Shown: positions 26,942-39,769 of the stretch, one piece after another
Layout: every line of letters starts with the position of its first letter
Numbering within the stretch: the first letter of the stretch is position 1
Assembly: GCF_006345805.1 (NCBI RefSeq)
Contig: NC_043005.1
Span: 96,472,001-96,536,000 of the forward strand
From: Octopus sinensis
Lineage: Eukaryota
DNA: 64,000 nt
Direction of reading: 5' to 3'
Position numbers and translations under genes: made by a program
Notes under the pieces: generated by a model
What the model was told of the DNA's origin: nothing
The model's database searches: none
Seen by the model: only the letters and a program-made list of their open reading frames with translations

Positions 26942-27069
26942 TTCTTTGAGCAGTATGACGATAATGAAATTGGAGCATTAGATATGGACGACATTGAAGG
27001 CAATATGGACGTGAAAAGTGAAGTGATGTCCAAGATGATTGCGAAATACCAAGAGAGCAAGGTACCACA
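26942..27069 (+). CDS. LTV1: LTV1 coding exon F (FFEQYDDNEIGALDMDDIEG...QESKVP)
   Basis: tttcag acceptor, gtaagt donor, 128 nt, phase 0/2. Confidence 0.95.
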
Positions 27070-27182
27070 GTAAGTGGACAATGTTATTGATTTACCTTTT
27101 GAAAATACTGTCATAATTTTATTTTTGATTTGATCTTGAGAGGTACATTATCAAGAATTGGTATAAATTTTGTAAACTCAAA

Positions 27183-27470
27183 TCATCATCATCATCATCA
27201 TCGTTTAACGTCTGCCTTCCATGCTAGCATGGGTTGGACGATTTTGACTGAGGGCTGACAAACCAGATGGCTGCACCAAGCTCCAATCTTGATCTGGCAG
27301 AATTTCTACAGCTGGATGCCCTTCCTAATGTCAACCACTCCGAGTATAGTGGGTGCTTTTTATGTTCCACCGGCATGGGGGCCAATCAGGCGGTACTGGC
27401 AACAACCTCGCTCGAATCTTTTTACACATGCTACTGGCTCAGGTGACAGTAAGGCGATGTTGGTAATGAT
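27183..27470 (-). mobile_element. Interspersed repeat ending in a (GAT)n tail (RTE-tail-like family)
   Basis: (CAT)nCGTTTAACGTC..CCATGCTAGCATGGGTTGGACG; related copies at 29828, 31958, 33785, 44425 and on the other strand near 32750 and 45900. Confidence 0.7.
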
Positions 27471-28999
27471 TTGTTTCTAACATAGGCACAAAGGTGAGGT
27501 TTGTGGGAAAGGAATAGTTGATTATATCAGTTCCAGTACTTAACTGGATACTTTGTTTTTATCAAACTTATAGAGATGAAAGGCAAAAGTTGACCTTGAT
27601 TGATTGCTTGAACTAAAAACGTAAAGAGCTGAAGCAATTGTTGATAACCTTCAGGTGAATATAGGTGAGGTTAAAGTCTGTCTTGAGCCTATTGGCTCAT
27701 TTGTTTGGGTTGGAGTATATCCCAGTTTCTGTGGTATACAAGAGCACAAGATTCTTTTCTGAATGGGTCACCAGTTTATTACAAGGTTAACCCTAACTAC
27801 CGCTGCTGCTCAATTCATTTGAGGAGACTGGAGCAGCAGATAAATTTCCTTACTCAAGTCACAACGTACCTCTTGGTCCAGGCATTGAACTCACTACCTT
27901 TCAATTGTGAGTCCAACATCTTAACCATTAAGCTGCATGTCTTCACACACACTGAAGATGATCATTTTCTAATTTAAGTGCAAGGCTAGCAATTTTAAGA
28001 GGAGTGTTGTGTTAGTCTACAGCGTTAATCCTCAGTACATAATTGGTCCTAGATTTAGCCCTGGAAAGATGAAAAACAGAGTTCATCTTGGCAGAATTTG
28101 AACTTTAAATGTATTAGAGCTGAAAGAAATATTGTTTCATGACACTTTGAGCAAGTGTTTTCTACTCCAGCTTTGTGCTGACCAATGCCTTGTGTGAAAT
28201 TGGTAGATGGAAACTGTACTGAAGCACTTCGTGCACATATAAGGGCATCCAGCCATAAAAACTCAGGAAAAAATGAAAGGAAAAAAATGAAACTTATAAG
28301 CAAAATGTGGTCATCTGATCCATCTAGGAGAGCAGAAATGACTCATCTAAACCATGTCAGCATGGAAACATGATATAAAGCAAAGATGATGATGATGATG
28401 TGTGGACATGTGTGTTTGTATTAGCCTGTCTTTGCTTGACGTCACTTTGGCAGTGGTGGTGTTTATGTCTCAAAATAGTCCAGTAATGGTTCAGTGTGTG
28501 AAGACAGAATAAAGCATCTTGGTTGAACACAAAATAAGGTTTGGTACTGAAAAGGACATCTAGCCATAGAATATTGCCTCTAGCAGATTGGTCCATTCTG
28601 AGCCTAGAAAATGCGGACAAAAACAATGATGTTGATGAGTTTGGCAAGGGAGAACATAGTGCCAAAAACAGAATGGTACTTAGCTCTCAAAATACATACA
28701 TGACACAGCTTACACTGAGGTGTGTCATCATATCAACTAAGAAAATCGAATATTCAGTATTGCCTTTCATCAACTTATTAATTATTTTATGTCAGGGATG
28801 ATGATGATGATGTGGGATGTTGAAGAGTCAATAACCAATTATTTAAACATACACAAATGATGTGTGATGAAAGCACTTTGGATATTCTTGTGAGCTATCG
28901 AATACACACTCAGTTTGTTTTTAACTTTATAAAATTTTTAGTATTTTTAAGAAAATTTTTTTTCCATTATAAATTGTATTTTTCATTTGCAATTTTCAG

Positions 29000-29124
29000 A
29001 AATCTTGATGAAGTTTTAAAAAATACATCTCTCGATGTTAACAAGCTGAATTTGTCATCTGAAAGTGAAGGAGAAATTGAGGTTGAAGAGAAAACCGAAA
29101 AATGGGATTGTGAATCTATTCTCA
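29000..29124 (+). CDS. LTV1: LTV1 coding exon G (NLDEVLKNTSLD...EKWDCESIL)
   Basis: tttcag acceptor, gtaagt donor, 125 nt, phase 2/1. Confidence 0.95.
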
Positions 29125-29827
29125 GTAAGTAACTGATACAGGATTCTTCAAAACAATTCGACAATTATCCAGTTTCTGTCTTCTGCTTTTGCCTGACTTC
29201 TCCTTTCATCTCTCTCCTTTCATCTTATCTTCTGCCTTTGCCTGTCTTCTACTTGTTCTTCTTCCACTATTTCTTTTCTGTTTTTTGTCTTCTGGTTTCT
29301 GTCATATTTTACTCCATGATTTTGCAGTCCTCATTATGATTGAACCAGAAGTGTGATTTCTCTGATATCAACCTCTTCATATGACCGCGAGGAAGGGAAT
29401 TATGTACTCCTGTTATGCATTTCATACTAAACAGCAAGAAATATCAGAGCATTAGTTAAATTAATCTTGTCACTTTTGGCAAAACAAAGACACAGTCACT
29501 GCACATATCAAGACAACAATCACTCTTCCCTCCTAAATATAAAAAGCTTGCAACTACAACTCCTTCAACATCAATATTGTAGTTATTCATATTCTCTCTC
29601 TCTCTCTCCCCTATTCTCTTGTTCCTTTCTCATCTCTCTTATCCCTTTCCTCTACCATTCTCTCCTATTATGTTATACACTTAACTCTTCTCTCTAACCT
29701 ATCTAGTGTTTTGTTTTATTCTCTCATCTCATTTGCCCTGACCCTTTCACCCGTGTCTTTTGCTCATCTCTCTCCTCTGCCTTTCAATAGTTAACTAGCC
29801 TTAGCTGTCATAGTGAAATGTCACTAT

Positions 29828-30180
29828 CATCATCATCATCGTTTAACGTCCGCTTTCCATGCTAGCATGGGTTGGACGAATGACTGAGGGCTGGCGAACC
29901 AGATGGCTGCACCAGTCTTCAATCTTGATCTGGCAGAGTTTCTACAGCTGGATGCCCTTCCTAACGCCAACCACTCCGAGAGTGTAGTGGGTGCTTTTTA
30001 TGTTCCACCGGCATGGGGGCCAATCAGGCGGTACTGGCAACGACCTCGCTGGAATCTTTTAAACATACCACCGGCACAGGTGCCAGTAAGGCAATGCTGG
30101 TAATGATCACGCTCGAATGGTGTCTTTTACGTGCCACCGGCACGGAGGCCAAATAGCCGCTCTGGCAACGATCACGCTCT
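29828..30180 (-). mobile_element. Interspersed repeat, same family as 27183-27470
   Basis: Shares long near-identical blocks, e.g. GGGTGCTTTTTATGTTCCACCGGCATGGGGGCCAATCAGGCGGTACTGGCAAC. Confidence 0.75.
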
Positions 30181-30434
30181 AATATATAATAATCTTTCTC
30201 TCCATGTTGGTTCTTATATATGCACATTGCATCAAATTTAGAAGAGGGGGTGCAGTTGATTATATCAAAACCCGTACTTTATTGTTCCTTTATTTTATCA
30301 CACTTGAAAGATAAAAGGCAAAGTTGACCTCAACATGATTTGAACTTGGAATGTAAAAAGCTATAATTAAATGCAGAAAAGTATTTTGCCTAATGCCCTA
30401 CTAATTCTGCCAGTTTACTGCTCTGTTACATTTA

Positions 30435-31655
30435 CTGGGTCATCCCATAAATAATGCGTTTTCTTTATACTTATTTTATTTTTCAAAATTAAGATAAATG
30501 TTCTTTTTTAATCTAAAATACACTCTCCTTCATTTTCTACAATGCTCTTCTATTGATCTGGTAGACTTGCAAGGTCCCTCTTCCAAAATTCACTTGTCTG
30601 TGATAAAAAATACTCCAGTACTGTTCTGACCATGTCTATAGAATTCATATTTTTTCTGTCCTAATGATTTTGAAGATTACAGAATAAATGATAATTAGAT
30701 GGGGCAATGTCATCCTTGCTGTATGTGGCCGAGTATTATTCTGATGGAAGAACACCTTTTGTTTTGAAACCAAACATGATTGTTTTTCTTCTATTGCTGA
30801 CTTAAGCCACTCAAGTCACTCGCAGTAGATCTCCTTTGTTATCCTTTGGTTTGGGTTTAAAAGTTCAAAGTGAGCTAAACCTTTCATATCCTACCAAAAA
30901 GATAACAACACCTTACATGGGTGAAGACCTTCTGTAGCCTGGGGTGGTGGTGTTTCTCTTTTCTCTACCCTCAGTCTTCAGCACTTGGCATTTTTATAGA
31001 GAACCTATTTCTTGTCACCAGTCACTATTCGGTCCAAAAAAGGTTCATTTCTGAAACGTGACAGCAGAGAAGAGCACACATTCACTCTCTGCATGCGATT
31101 AGATTCAGAAAGTTTGTGAAGAACCTATTGACCAAATTTGCTGACTTTTCCAATGGCATGCAGGTGTCAATGAATGGTTGAATGACTAAATTGAAGCTTC
31201 TCTGCTAGTTCTTCAACAGTTATGATGGGATTTTTTTAAACCAGGGTTTGCAGGATGTCCTCGTTGAGCTCTACACATCTTCCAGGATGAGGCTTGTCTT
31301 CTAAGCTGTAGTTTCCAGCTCGGAATTTCTGGAACCACCATTGACACTGGCCTACGCTTATTGTCCAATCTCCATATACTGATTTAATATTCCTCACACT
31401 TTCTGTTGTGTTGTTGCCTTTATTGAACTCACAAAGCAAAATATGCTGAATATGCTCTTTTGTCACTTCCATTATAGTTTTGAAAAAATAACTGTTAAAA
31501 TCAAACTGCACTCTTCAAAACTTCCACTAAAAATAAGGACAAGGTAAAATTACTACCTGCTTTTATAGTAAGTCGATGCAGGTTGTTTATCCTGTCCCCA
31601 TTCAAGTTTTAGTTTATGCAATTGAAAAAACTGCATTATTAATAGGATGACCCAA
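30435..31655 (-). mobile_element. Full-length decayed mariner (Tc1/mariner) transposon
   Basis: TA TSDs; TIRs CTGGGTCATCCCATAAATAATGCG / CTGCATTATTAATAGGATGACCCAA; ORF 31236-31511 encodes a Mos1-type HTH (CEFNKGNN...WFQKFRAGNYSLEDKPHPGR); the remainder has stops. Confidence 0.9.
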
Positions 31656-31803
31656 TATATAACTGATAATATGTTAAACATATTGTAATATATAAGATGT
31701 TAACTCTCTCAGTCCCCAGTCTCTCATTGTTGGTATTACATGTTATATTAGAAGTATTGTATGATATTGTAATAACCGTTCACTTCTTGATTTATCACTG
31801 CAG

Positions 31804-31856
31804 GTACATATTCCAACTTGTACAACCATCCAAAACTGATATTAGAACCAAAGAAG
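31804..31856 (+). CDS. LTV1: LTV1 coding exon H (STYSNLYNHPKLILEPKK)
   Basis: ctgcag acceptor, gtaaat donor, 53 nt, phase 1/0. Confidence 0.95.
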
Positions 31857-32810
31857 GTAAATTACCATTTCTATTCTTGTGTGTGTAGGTATATGTGAGT
31901 GAGAAACAATTTAAAGCAAAACTGCAGTTTAACCCTTACACTTTATAACTTTGGTACATCATCATCATCGTTTAACGCCCACTTTCCATGCTAGCATGGG
32001 TTGGACGGTTCGACTGGGGTCTGGGGAAGCCAGGAGGCTGCACCAGGCCCAGTCTGCTCTGGCAGTGTTTCTACAGCTGGATGCCCTGGCATGCAAATTA
32101 GTCATTTGCAGCTAAGCACTGATTTGCATTTGATTTAAATAATTATCTTGCAATAAGTTCTCTCTTGGAACAGAAGAATGTGGGGTGGGATACTTGGCCT
32201 GTGATGTGTGGCCAATGAAGCGTGAAATAGGTCACAACAGTATCCTCTATTTTTCTGTCAAAAGAGATTTACAAGATGTGTCCTTGTCTGTTTAAAGTTC
32301 CACAGTGAAAGGCTTAAAAGATTTAAAGCTACTTAAAAGTAGTTTTCTAATATTAATTATTTAAATGCATGGCTCATAGGCACAAGTATGGCTGTGTGTT
32401 TAAAAAGTTCGCTTAGAAATCATATGGTTTTGGGTTCAGTATTACTGTGCAGCACGTTGGTCAAGTATTTCTAATATAGTTCAAGGCCAATCAAATCCTT
32501 GTGAAGGGAATAGTTTTGTGACATAAAGCACTGGTATAAGAAGCTGCAAAATCACCAGTCTTATCAGATTCAATCTCTAAAGCATCTTCCTGCCACATAA
32601 ATGTACCCATGCTGGTGTCACATAAAAGTGACCAGTACATTCTGTAAGGTGGTTGGTATTAGAACCCATGCCAAAAGGACAAATGGAGATGGCCAATTCC
32701 TGTCAAACAGTCCAACCCATGCCAGCATAGAGAATGGACGTTGATGATGATGATGATTGGATTAATAATGAAGTCTTTTATTTCTTATATATATCTGTAT
32801 CTCTATTCAG

Positions 32811-32996
32811 GAACGGAAAATCAAATTAAACAAAATGGGTATTCCTGAAGAAGTTTTCTATACACGTGGAATTAGATTAAAAGACCTTGAAGATGCCACA
32901 ACTGCCTCTGTAATGTCTGTAAGTACCGTGAGAGATAAGAATGAGAGTAAAGAAGAAAAGAAGGAGCGAAAGACAACCATTAAAGCTCAAAGAAAA
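32811..32996 (+). CDS. LTV1: LTV1 coding exon I (ERKIKLNKMGIPEE...KNESKEEKKERKTTIKAQRK)
   Basis: attcag acceptor, gtaagt donor, 186 nt, phase 0/0. Confidence 0.94.
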
Positions 32997-33548
32997 GTAA
33001 GTTTACAATTAAATGTAAAAACCATTTTGTTATGTTGTTCTTCTGTCTTGTCATTATAAAGTGTTTCATTCTTGCTAATATATATATAGTAATATGTAAA
33101 GGTAAGATCCAAGGATCAAAGTGTAGGAAGTTAGTAAGCTTCAAGCAGTCCGTAAAAGGTATAAAAAACAACTTCCAGGAACAATAGTTGTTTATTGATG
33201 TAGAAGGTTGTAAATTTCCCCCATATCGAAGTTCGATAAGCTAGAAAAAGTTATTTTATAGTTCACAGTTAGCAACTAGGGTTGCTGTGTATGCAAATAA
33301 AAACATGGGATCACTTGATGACAATGTAACCTTCATTTGATTAAGGTATCTTTGGCCTGACGAGGAGCTAGTGGATTACCCTTGTTTGAATAATTATTAC
33401 TTCTGAGTTTCTGCTAGCTATAAAACATATTTAGCCTAGATTCTATCTACTCCATTCCCTAAATTTGGATCTTTGTCCAGCCAGCTGCCATGATTTACTG
33501 CTAGCTCCAAAAGTTTTTTCTATTCTCTCTCTCTTTATTTCCTCGTGT

Positions 33549-33587
33549 TCTTTTCTGTTGAAGAGCGTAGGCTCGAAACGTAAAAGA
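33549..33587 (+). other. Hammerhead-ribozyme-like motif with a mutated core
   Basis: CTGTTGA-A-GAGC(GTAG)GCTC-GAAA-CGTA^AAAGA; differs from the CUGAUGA core at A6. Confidence 0.5.
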
Positions 33588-33712
33588 CTTTCTCACATTC
33601 CCGAGCGTTAAACTAATACACCTGTTTGTTGTTTATTCACCTGTGTTTGTCTTTTGTTTTTCTGTAAATTGCAACTATATATATATACACATACATACAC
33701 ATATATATATAT

Positions 33713-33775
<63 letters not shown>

Positions 33776-34217
33776 ATCAACAGCATCATCATCATTCTTT
33801 AACTTCTATTTTCCATGTTGGTATGGGTTGGACAGTTTGACCAGGGCTGGCAAGCTGGAAGGCTGCACCAGATTCCAGTCTGATTTGGCATGATTTTTAC
33901 ATCTAGATACCCTTCTTAATGCCAATCACTTCAAGAGTGTAATGGGTGCTTTTATGTGCCACCAGTATGGATGCCTTTTGTGTGGCAGTATCTGCAACAA
34001 CTGTGATTTTATCTGGCTTGATGGGTCTTCTTCTCAAGCATGACGTAATGTCAAAGGTCTCGGTCATTGCCTCCGTGAGGCCCAACACTTGAAAAGAGCC
34101 CAGCCATTTTGCCTCCGTATGGCCCAATGCTCGAAAGGTGCTTTTTATGTGCCACCAGCATGAGTGCCAGTTACATGACACCAGCATCATTCACGACTAT
34201 GATTACACTTGGCTTAA

Positions 34218-35233
34218 CCCTTTCGTTACCAAACCGCCCAAAGCTGCCCGAAAAAAATTTTGGTTCATGTGACCAAACCGCCCAAAGTCGCCTGTATTTA
34301 CCTATTCATATTTAAATGAGAATATCAGAGCAAATCTCTTTAGTACATTCGTGAAAACACGTGATTATACTTCGTAAACAGTTCATCTACAGTTTTGTAC
34401 AACGATCGAAGTGTAATTTTAATTCCGTGAATTTTGGGAGAGAGTGAAAATTTAAAAACTGTTTCTTTCAGTGATTTTTCTGAAGAAACTGGACCAAGCC
34501 ACAATCTTTCCCAGGAGAGTAAAGCCTTAGACTATTTCTTTTTACTTTTTCGAATGAGCCTATTTGAAATCATTACAGCGGAAACCGTTATGCTAAATGT
34601 AAACAAAGCGAAAGAAAGGATAGTTTGTTATTTCCCACAACCCTAAATGAAATTAAGGCCTATTTTGCCATAAATATTATTATGGGTATCAGAAAGTTAC
34701 CCATAAATATTATTATGGGTATCAGAAAGTTACCCATAAATATTATGGATATCAGAAAATTACGGCGGAAACAAACCGTTATGCTAAATGTAAACAAAGC
34801 GAAAGAAAGGATAGTTTGTGGTTTCCCACAACCTTAAATGAAATTAAGGCTTATTTTGCCATAAATATTATTATGGGTATTAGAAAGTTACCCAGAATAA
34901 CAAATTCTATAGTAAAATTTTGTTGTATACCCAATTGAATATTAGCTAATAACCCATTTTCTATAGCGATGTTTGAACAAAAATTTTAATAATTTTATAT
35001 TTTGTTGAATTTACCTGTATTTACCTGTATCTACCTGCAATTAGAGTCACTTTGTAACAAAAATTATAGTATAGAATTGGTTGAGAACATTTCATTAAAT
35101 TATCTTCCAAAAATCACATTAAATAAAAAAGTTATAGTTGTTTAATGAAACCAGACTAAATTTATGATTATGTTAGAAATTAATTGAAACACATAAGGGG
35201 TGTATTTTGGTCAGAAATATAGTAACGAAAGGG
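34218..35233 (+). mobile_element. piggyBac internal-deletion derivative
   Basis: TTAA TSDs, CCCTTTCGTTAC...GTAACGAAAGGG TIRs, transposase remnants (ALDYFFLLFRMSLFEIITAET; TTLNEIKAYFAINIIMGIRKLP); inserted into an older repeat (GGC|TTAA|TGGGTCTTC). Confidence 0.9.
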
Positions 35234-35427
35234 TTAATGGGTCTTCCCAAGCACAGCATATCGCCAAAGGCCTCGGTCACCAGTCATTGCAAGGAACTAC
35301 AGACAACTAATGGAGTCAATCCTTCTTTGTTTTCAGTATTAGGTTACAAACAAGTAATAGTTGGAGGAGGAGGATATGATTTCTGAACTCGGAATAAAAA
35401 AATGCTTAATTCTATTTTGTATTTCAG

Positions 35428-35541
35428 GAGAGAAGAATAGAGAAGAAACTAAACCAAGAGGCATTTAAAGAGGCTAAACGGAAACGAGAGGCAGAAGTAA
35501 TAGCCATGCAGAAAAATATGAAATCTGTTAGTATAGCTTAA
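35428..35541 (+). CDS. LTV1: LTV1 terminal coding exon (ERRIEKKLNQEAFKEAKRKRE...SVSIA*)
   Basis: tttcag acceptor, phase 0, TAA at 35539-35541. Confidence 0.95.
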   Translation, partial: ERRIEKKLNQEAFKEAKRKREAEVIAMQKNMKSVSIA

Positions 35542-35561
35542 TATTTTTTTGTAAGTTTGTA

Positions 35562-35567
35562 AATAAA
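35562..35567 (+). terminator. Probable LTV1 polyadenylation signal AATAAA
   Basis: First AATAAA 21 nt after the stop, followed by T/GT-rich sequence. Confidence 0.5.
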
Positions 35568-38500
35568 TTGTTGATTAATTTGAATCTAGTTCAGATGTTT
35601 TTAATTGTGCCAAATTGTATTACTGTTTGGGTTGAATTAGAAGATCCAGCTTCTGAAAGGATAAGTCCATCTAGAGTTATACTGTTGTAATTTTGTGATC
35701 CATGGTACTTTAGTAGTTGTATGTGGAAATAGATTTTTTTCTCTTCTTTTTAACCCTTTAGCATTCAGATTATTTATTCACATAGTTTTGAATTGGTCAT
35801 GCATTGTTTCTTGGCTTAAGTATTTGAGCATTGTCCTGCCAGCTATACTTGCAGATCCTGAAAAGAACCATGGGCATTGCCCTTCGTTCCTAAGTCATAG
35901 ACAAACGAAAGTTTGCATACACACTTAAAGAAACAAGCACATATTGTAAAAGACTGCCATTTGATCCTGGCAGGTTTTAAAGGGAATTCCTGGAAATTTG
36001 GTATAAACTGTATTAAACTATAGCATCATTTGATAATTGGGATTGGATAAAGGAATATAGTGAAGTGGCAAAGGTTCATCAATGCATCTATCCAATTTCT
36101 GTCATCATATTAATCATCGCCATTATCATTTAATGCCTGTATTCTTACTGCTATTGGTCAAACAGTTGAACAGGAACTCATAAACCAGAAGACTGCATTA
36201 AGCTCCATTGTCTGCTTTGGCAAAGTTTCCTATGGCTGGATGCCCTTCATAATTTTTTAATTTTTTTTATTGCCCACAAGGGGCTGAACATAGAGAGGAC
36301 AGACAAAGGGATTAAGTCAATTACATCGACCCCAGTGCTTAACTGGTACTTAATTTATCGACCCCGAAAGGATGAAAGGCAAAGTTGACCTCTGTGGAAT
36401 TTGATCTCAGAACACAGTAGCGGACAAAATACTGCTAAGCATTTCGCCCATCGTGCTCACTTTACAAAGTCTACTGGATGCTTTTTCCATGGTACTAGTG
36501 AGGTCACCGAGTTATTTGACAGAGTTGAGGGAGGTGGCTTTGTGCCAGGCTTATAGAGGTTAAATTGCTGTAGAGGAGATACATAGTTGCTCCTGTAGGG
36601 AAAGGAGAAAGAATGGTGATGATGAGAAAGGATGGTCGGGGTGTACCCTCAAGAAATAAGGTGGATAAAAAGAGAATATGAGAAGAGAATCAAGGGTGGC
36701 TAGGTGGGTAGGTTTGCAAGAGTATGAAAGAAGAGTGACAAGACAGTAGAGATGAGGATAGAAGTGAATGGTGAAAATGAGTCAGGGTGTAGATTCTGGT
36801 GAATCTCAGTTTTTGGGAAGGTAAAGGAAAATTGGAGGAGGAGGTGATCCACGCCCATCAATATTTGTTTTAATTTCTTCTTGTCATAAAACTTTCTAGT
36901 ATGAATAACAAGTACCTATCTTGATTGAAATCAACCATCATCTTGCCACCAACAGCAGTTTTGACTACTGTCTCTCTGATGCTAACTTGCCTGAGACCAC
37001 CCCACTGGCTCCATGATGCAAACTTCATATTTGAAGGGATCTGAATTAAAACCTTCCATCAAAATTCCATGTTAAATTGTTTAATAACGACAAAGTCATT
37101 TTCCTAAATTCTTCGTTATTTTCCAAACAAAGTATTTCAATGGAAATGTAATAAAGGGGTTAATATTTCATAATCAAGGTTTTATTAAATCTATCCTGTT
37201 ACTGCACTAAATTAATCAATTGTGATAGCTGACATTTGGGAACACACAACATGCACATACACAGAATGTAGCAAGCTCAGTTTTGCCAGCTGAGTAGACT
37301 GGAGCAGAATGAATGTGTGTTGTTCAAGGGCACAACATGCGGCCAGGAATCGAACTCACAACTTCATGGCTGTGAGCTGAAGTATCATTAGAATACTGGA
37401 CAAAAAGTCTTATATTCATGTATGTTTCCCTTCTCCTTTAGGTGTGGTTACAAATATGGCTGAATGGTTATTATTTATAGCTTTGTCTACTTCGAGTTCC
37501 AGTTTAAAAAACCGAATTATTTTGCGTCTCTCGACGTAAACTACTCGCATTCAAGACACGATGAATTTGTAAAGTTGAACGTTCTTTTCCCCCAATTTGA
37601 AACGGTAATAATTACGGGACGTAACTCTTCAATATTAAGGGAAGTAACTCTTACTGAACTTATTTGTGGTTGAAAGGCGAACTCAGAATGCAAAAAAAAA
37701 ATGGGAAATAAATTTGTGCTAAAGAGTATTTTGTTCGGAACTCAACCGATTCTGCTATCTATAATTCTGTGTGTGAAATGCAGGAGGAAATAAATTTGAA
37801 AAAAACTGAAATACAAGAAGACAATTAGTCTTGAGACCTCATCTGCACAAAATAAAACAACTAAGTTCAGTGTAATACATCAAAGTAGAGTTAACTATCA
37901 TTATATTTAGATAGTAACTTATGCTGGAGGGAATTTAAGAATCCAGTTAATTTGTCTTGTGGAGTAGATAATGTAGCATTTTGGGCCTTGTCCCTTTTCT
38001 TCTGAGAACAAGGTACTGAAGAGAGAGAGAGAGAGAGAAAAGGTAAAGAAAAAAAAAAACGCGCAGGCGTGACTGTGTGGTACGAAGCTGGCTTGCCAGC
38101 CACATGGTTCTAAGTTCAGTCCTACTGCGTGACACCTTCGGTAAGTATTTACTGGGCCGATCAAAGCCTTGTGTGTGGATTTGGTAGATGGAAACTGAAA
38201 GAAGCCTGTCATATATATGTATATATATATGCAGTTGATGCAGGTTGTTTATGTCGTACCCCTCTGACTTCTGGTTTATGCAATTAAAAAACCGCTTATT
38301 TGACAATTCGTTTTTGAACAGTGGACCTCGAAGCACACAATAATAACCTGTAAATATTGGGTTGAGATACCTTTAGATGGGAAAGGTGAAGATGAGGGAT
38401 TGTGTTCCACGGGATACCGGCCTTAGCCTTCGCTCTATGACACCCTACCATTTGTACTATATTTTTCACGCGGGATATTCCAACAGTCAAGCCATACCAA

Positions 38501-38950
38501 AACTGAAATCGGAGTTCGATGCAGTCATCTGGTTCCGTCTTATCAAACTGTCCAACCCATGTTGGTTCTGAAACAGATGTTAAATGATGATGATGGTTAT
38601 AGTGATCTGTCTGTCTGTCTGTCTGTGTGCATGCAATATAAATTGTTTTATACTAAACATGGGAAGTAACTCTTCAAAATTGTAAGGGACGTAACTGCGG
38701 ACGACCTGGGCTTATGTTAGAAAACGTTCTCTAGAATTATTATTCAACTGAGTCGTTTAATATGTCAATTAATTTTTAGAGTTTGTTTTGAATTCTTTTC
38801 AAAAACTGAATTCACATAATGTGGTAAAGACAATCTGTTTTGTAAACGGATGTTGTCGGCTGGCATCCTATACAATAAACGACGAATTGACCAGTACTTA
38901 ATAATAATAATAATAATTGTGTACAGTGCTCATCTAAAGTGTATATATAA

Positions 38951-39769
38951 TCAGGTGTAGTTTCGGCGGATTTCGGAAAGCATGAGGGCCTTAAAAGATG
39001 CAGTGTCATGGCAGTCAACAACTGACGCAGGCAGTTTATTCCATGCTTCAGCAACTCTGAGCGTGAAAAAATGTTTCCGAAAGTCATGGGAGCTGTATTG
39101 TTTTCTGACTTTGTAGGCATGTCCACGTGTGTTAGACACATGGAGATCAAAAAGGTGTTCAGTGTTGTTGTTGGTGAGGTGGTTGATAACTTTGTGGGTG
39201 TTTACCAAGTCCGTCGCCAAACGCCGGAGCTTCAGTGAATCCATGCCCAGGGAAACAAGGCGCTCAGAATATGGTAGGTGTCTGATGGAGGGTATGCGTT
39301 TGGTTGCACGTCTCTGGACAGATTCCAGGAGGTCAATGTTCTGTGCAAGATAGGGGTTCCAAACTGATGATGCGAATTCCAAGTGTGGTCGTACCATAGC
39401 TGTATACAGTTTTAAATAGATGGCTGGAGAGCGGCTAACAAAAGACCTGCTGAGTGATGCCAAGACACCCTCGGCCTTCCTGACAATCTTAGAGATATGC
39501 TTTGACCAACGCAAATCACTGCTGACAGTGATGCCTAGGTCACGCTCGCAAGAGGATTTCTTGATATCAGTGTTGTGGAGGGAGTATGTGAACGCAGGGT
39601 TTTTTCTCCCAAAATGCATGGTGGTACACTTGTCCACAGCCAGTTTCAGTTGCCAGTCTGTGATCCATTGCTGCATTGTGTCTAGGTCTGATTGCAGGAA
39701 AGAGTTGTAGACATCAGGATCTGTCCTCTTGATTTCAAGGTACAGCTTGATGTCGTCTGCATATTTCAA
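38951..39769 (-). CDS. LINE ORF2, C-terminal part (RT YADD motif and thumb)
   Basis: KYADDIKLY, ERDLGITV, VRPHLEFASSVWNP, LESVQRRATK, NTRGHAYK, RKHFFTLRVAEAWNKLP; joined to the upstream part by a single -1 shift at about 39780. Confidence 0.93.
   Translation of the reverse strand: MKYADDIKLYLEIKRTDPDVYNSFLQSDLDTMQQWITDWQLKLAVDKCTTMHFGRKNPAFTYSLHNTDIKKSSCERDLGITVSSDLRWSKHISKIVRKAEGVLASLSRSFVSRSPAIYLKLYTAMVRPHLEFASSVWNPYLAQNIDLLESVQRRATKRIPSIRHLPYSERLVSLGMDSLKLRRLATDLVNTHKVINHLTNNNTEHLFDLHVSNTRGHAYKVRKQYSSHDFRKHFFTLRVAEAWNKLPASVVDCHDTASFKALMLSEIRRNYT

Larger units (their letters stand above)
20803..35541 (+). other. LTV1: Protein LTV1 homolog gene span (40S ribosomal subunit biogenesis/export factor)
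   Basis: Ten GT-AG exons join in consistent phase and carry LTV1 hallmark motifs: FHLVHRSQQDP, DDYNYLQHL, GLLNKAAP, DPDIVAALD, EETKSHFTNYSMTSS, YDDNEIGALD, KWDCESILSTYSNLYNHP, ERRIEKK. The start-codon exon lies upstream. Confidence 0.97.

Noticed and set aside
27062-27067. Alternative LTV1 donor AAG|gtacca
   Set aside because: Phase 0 is incompatible with the phase-2 next exon; gtaagt at 27070 fits.
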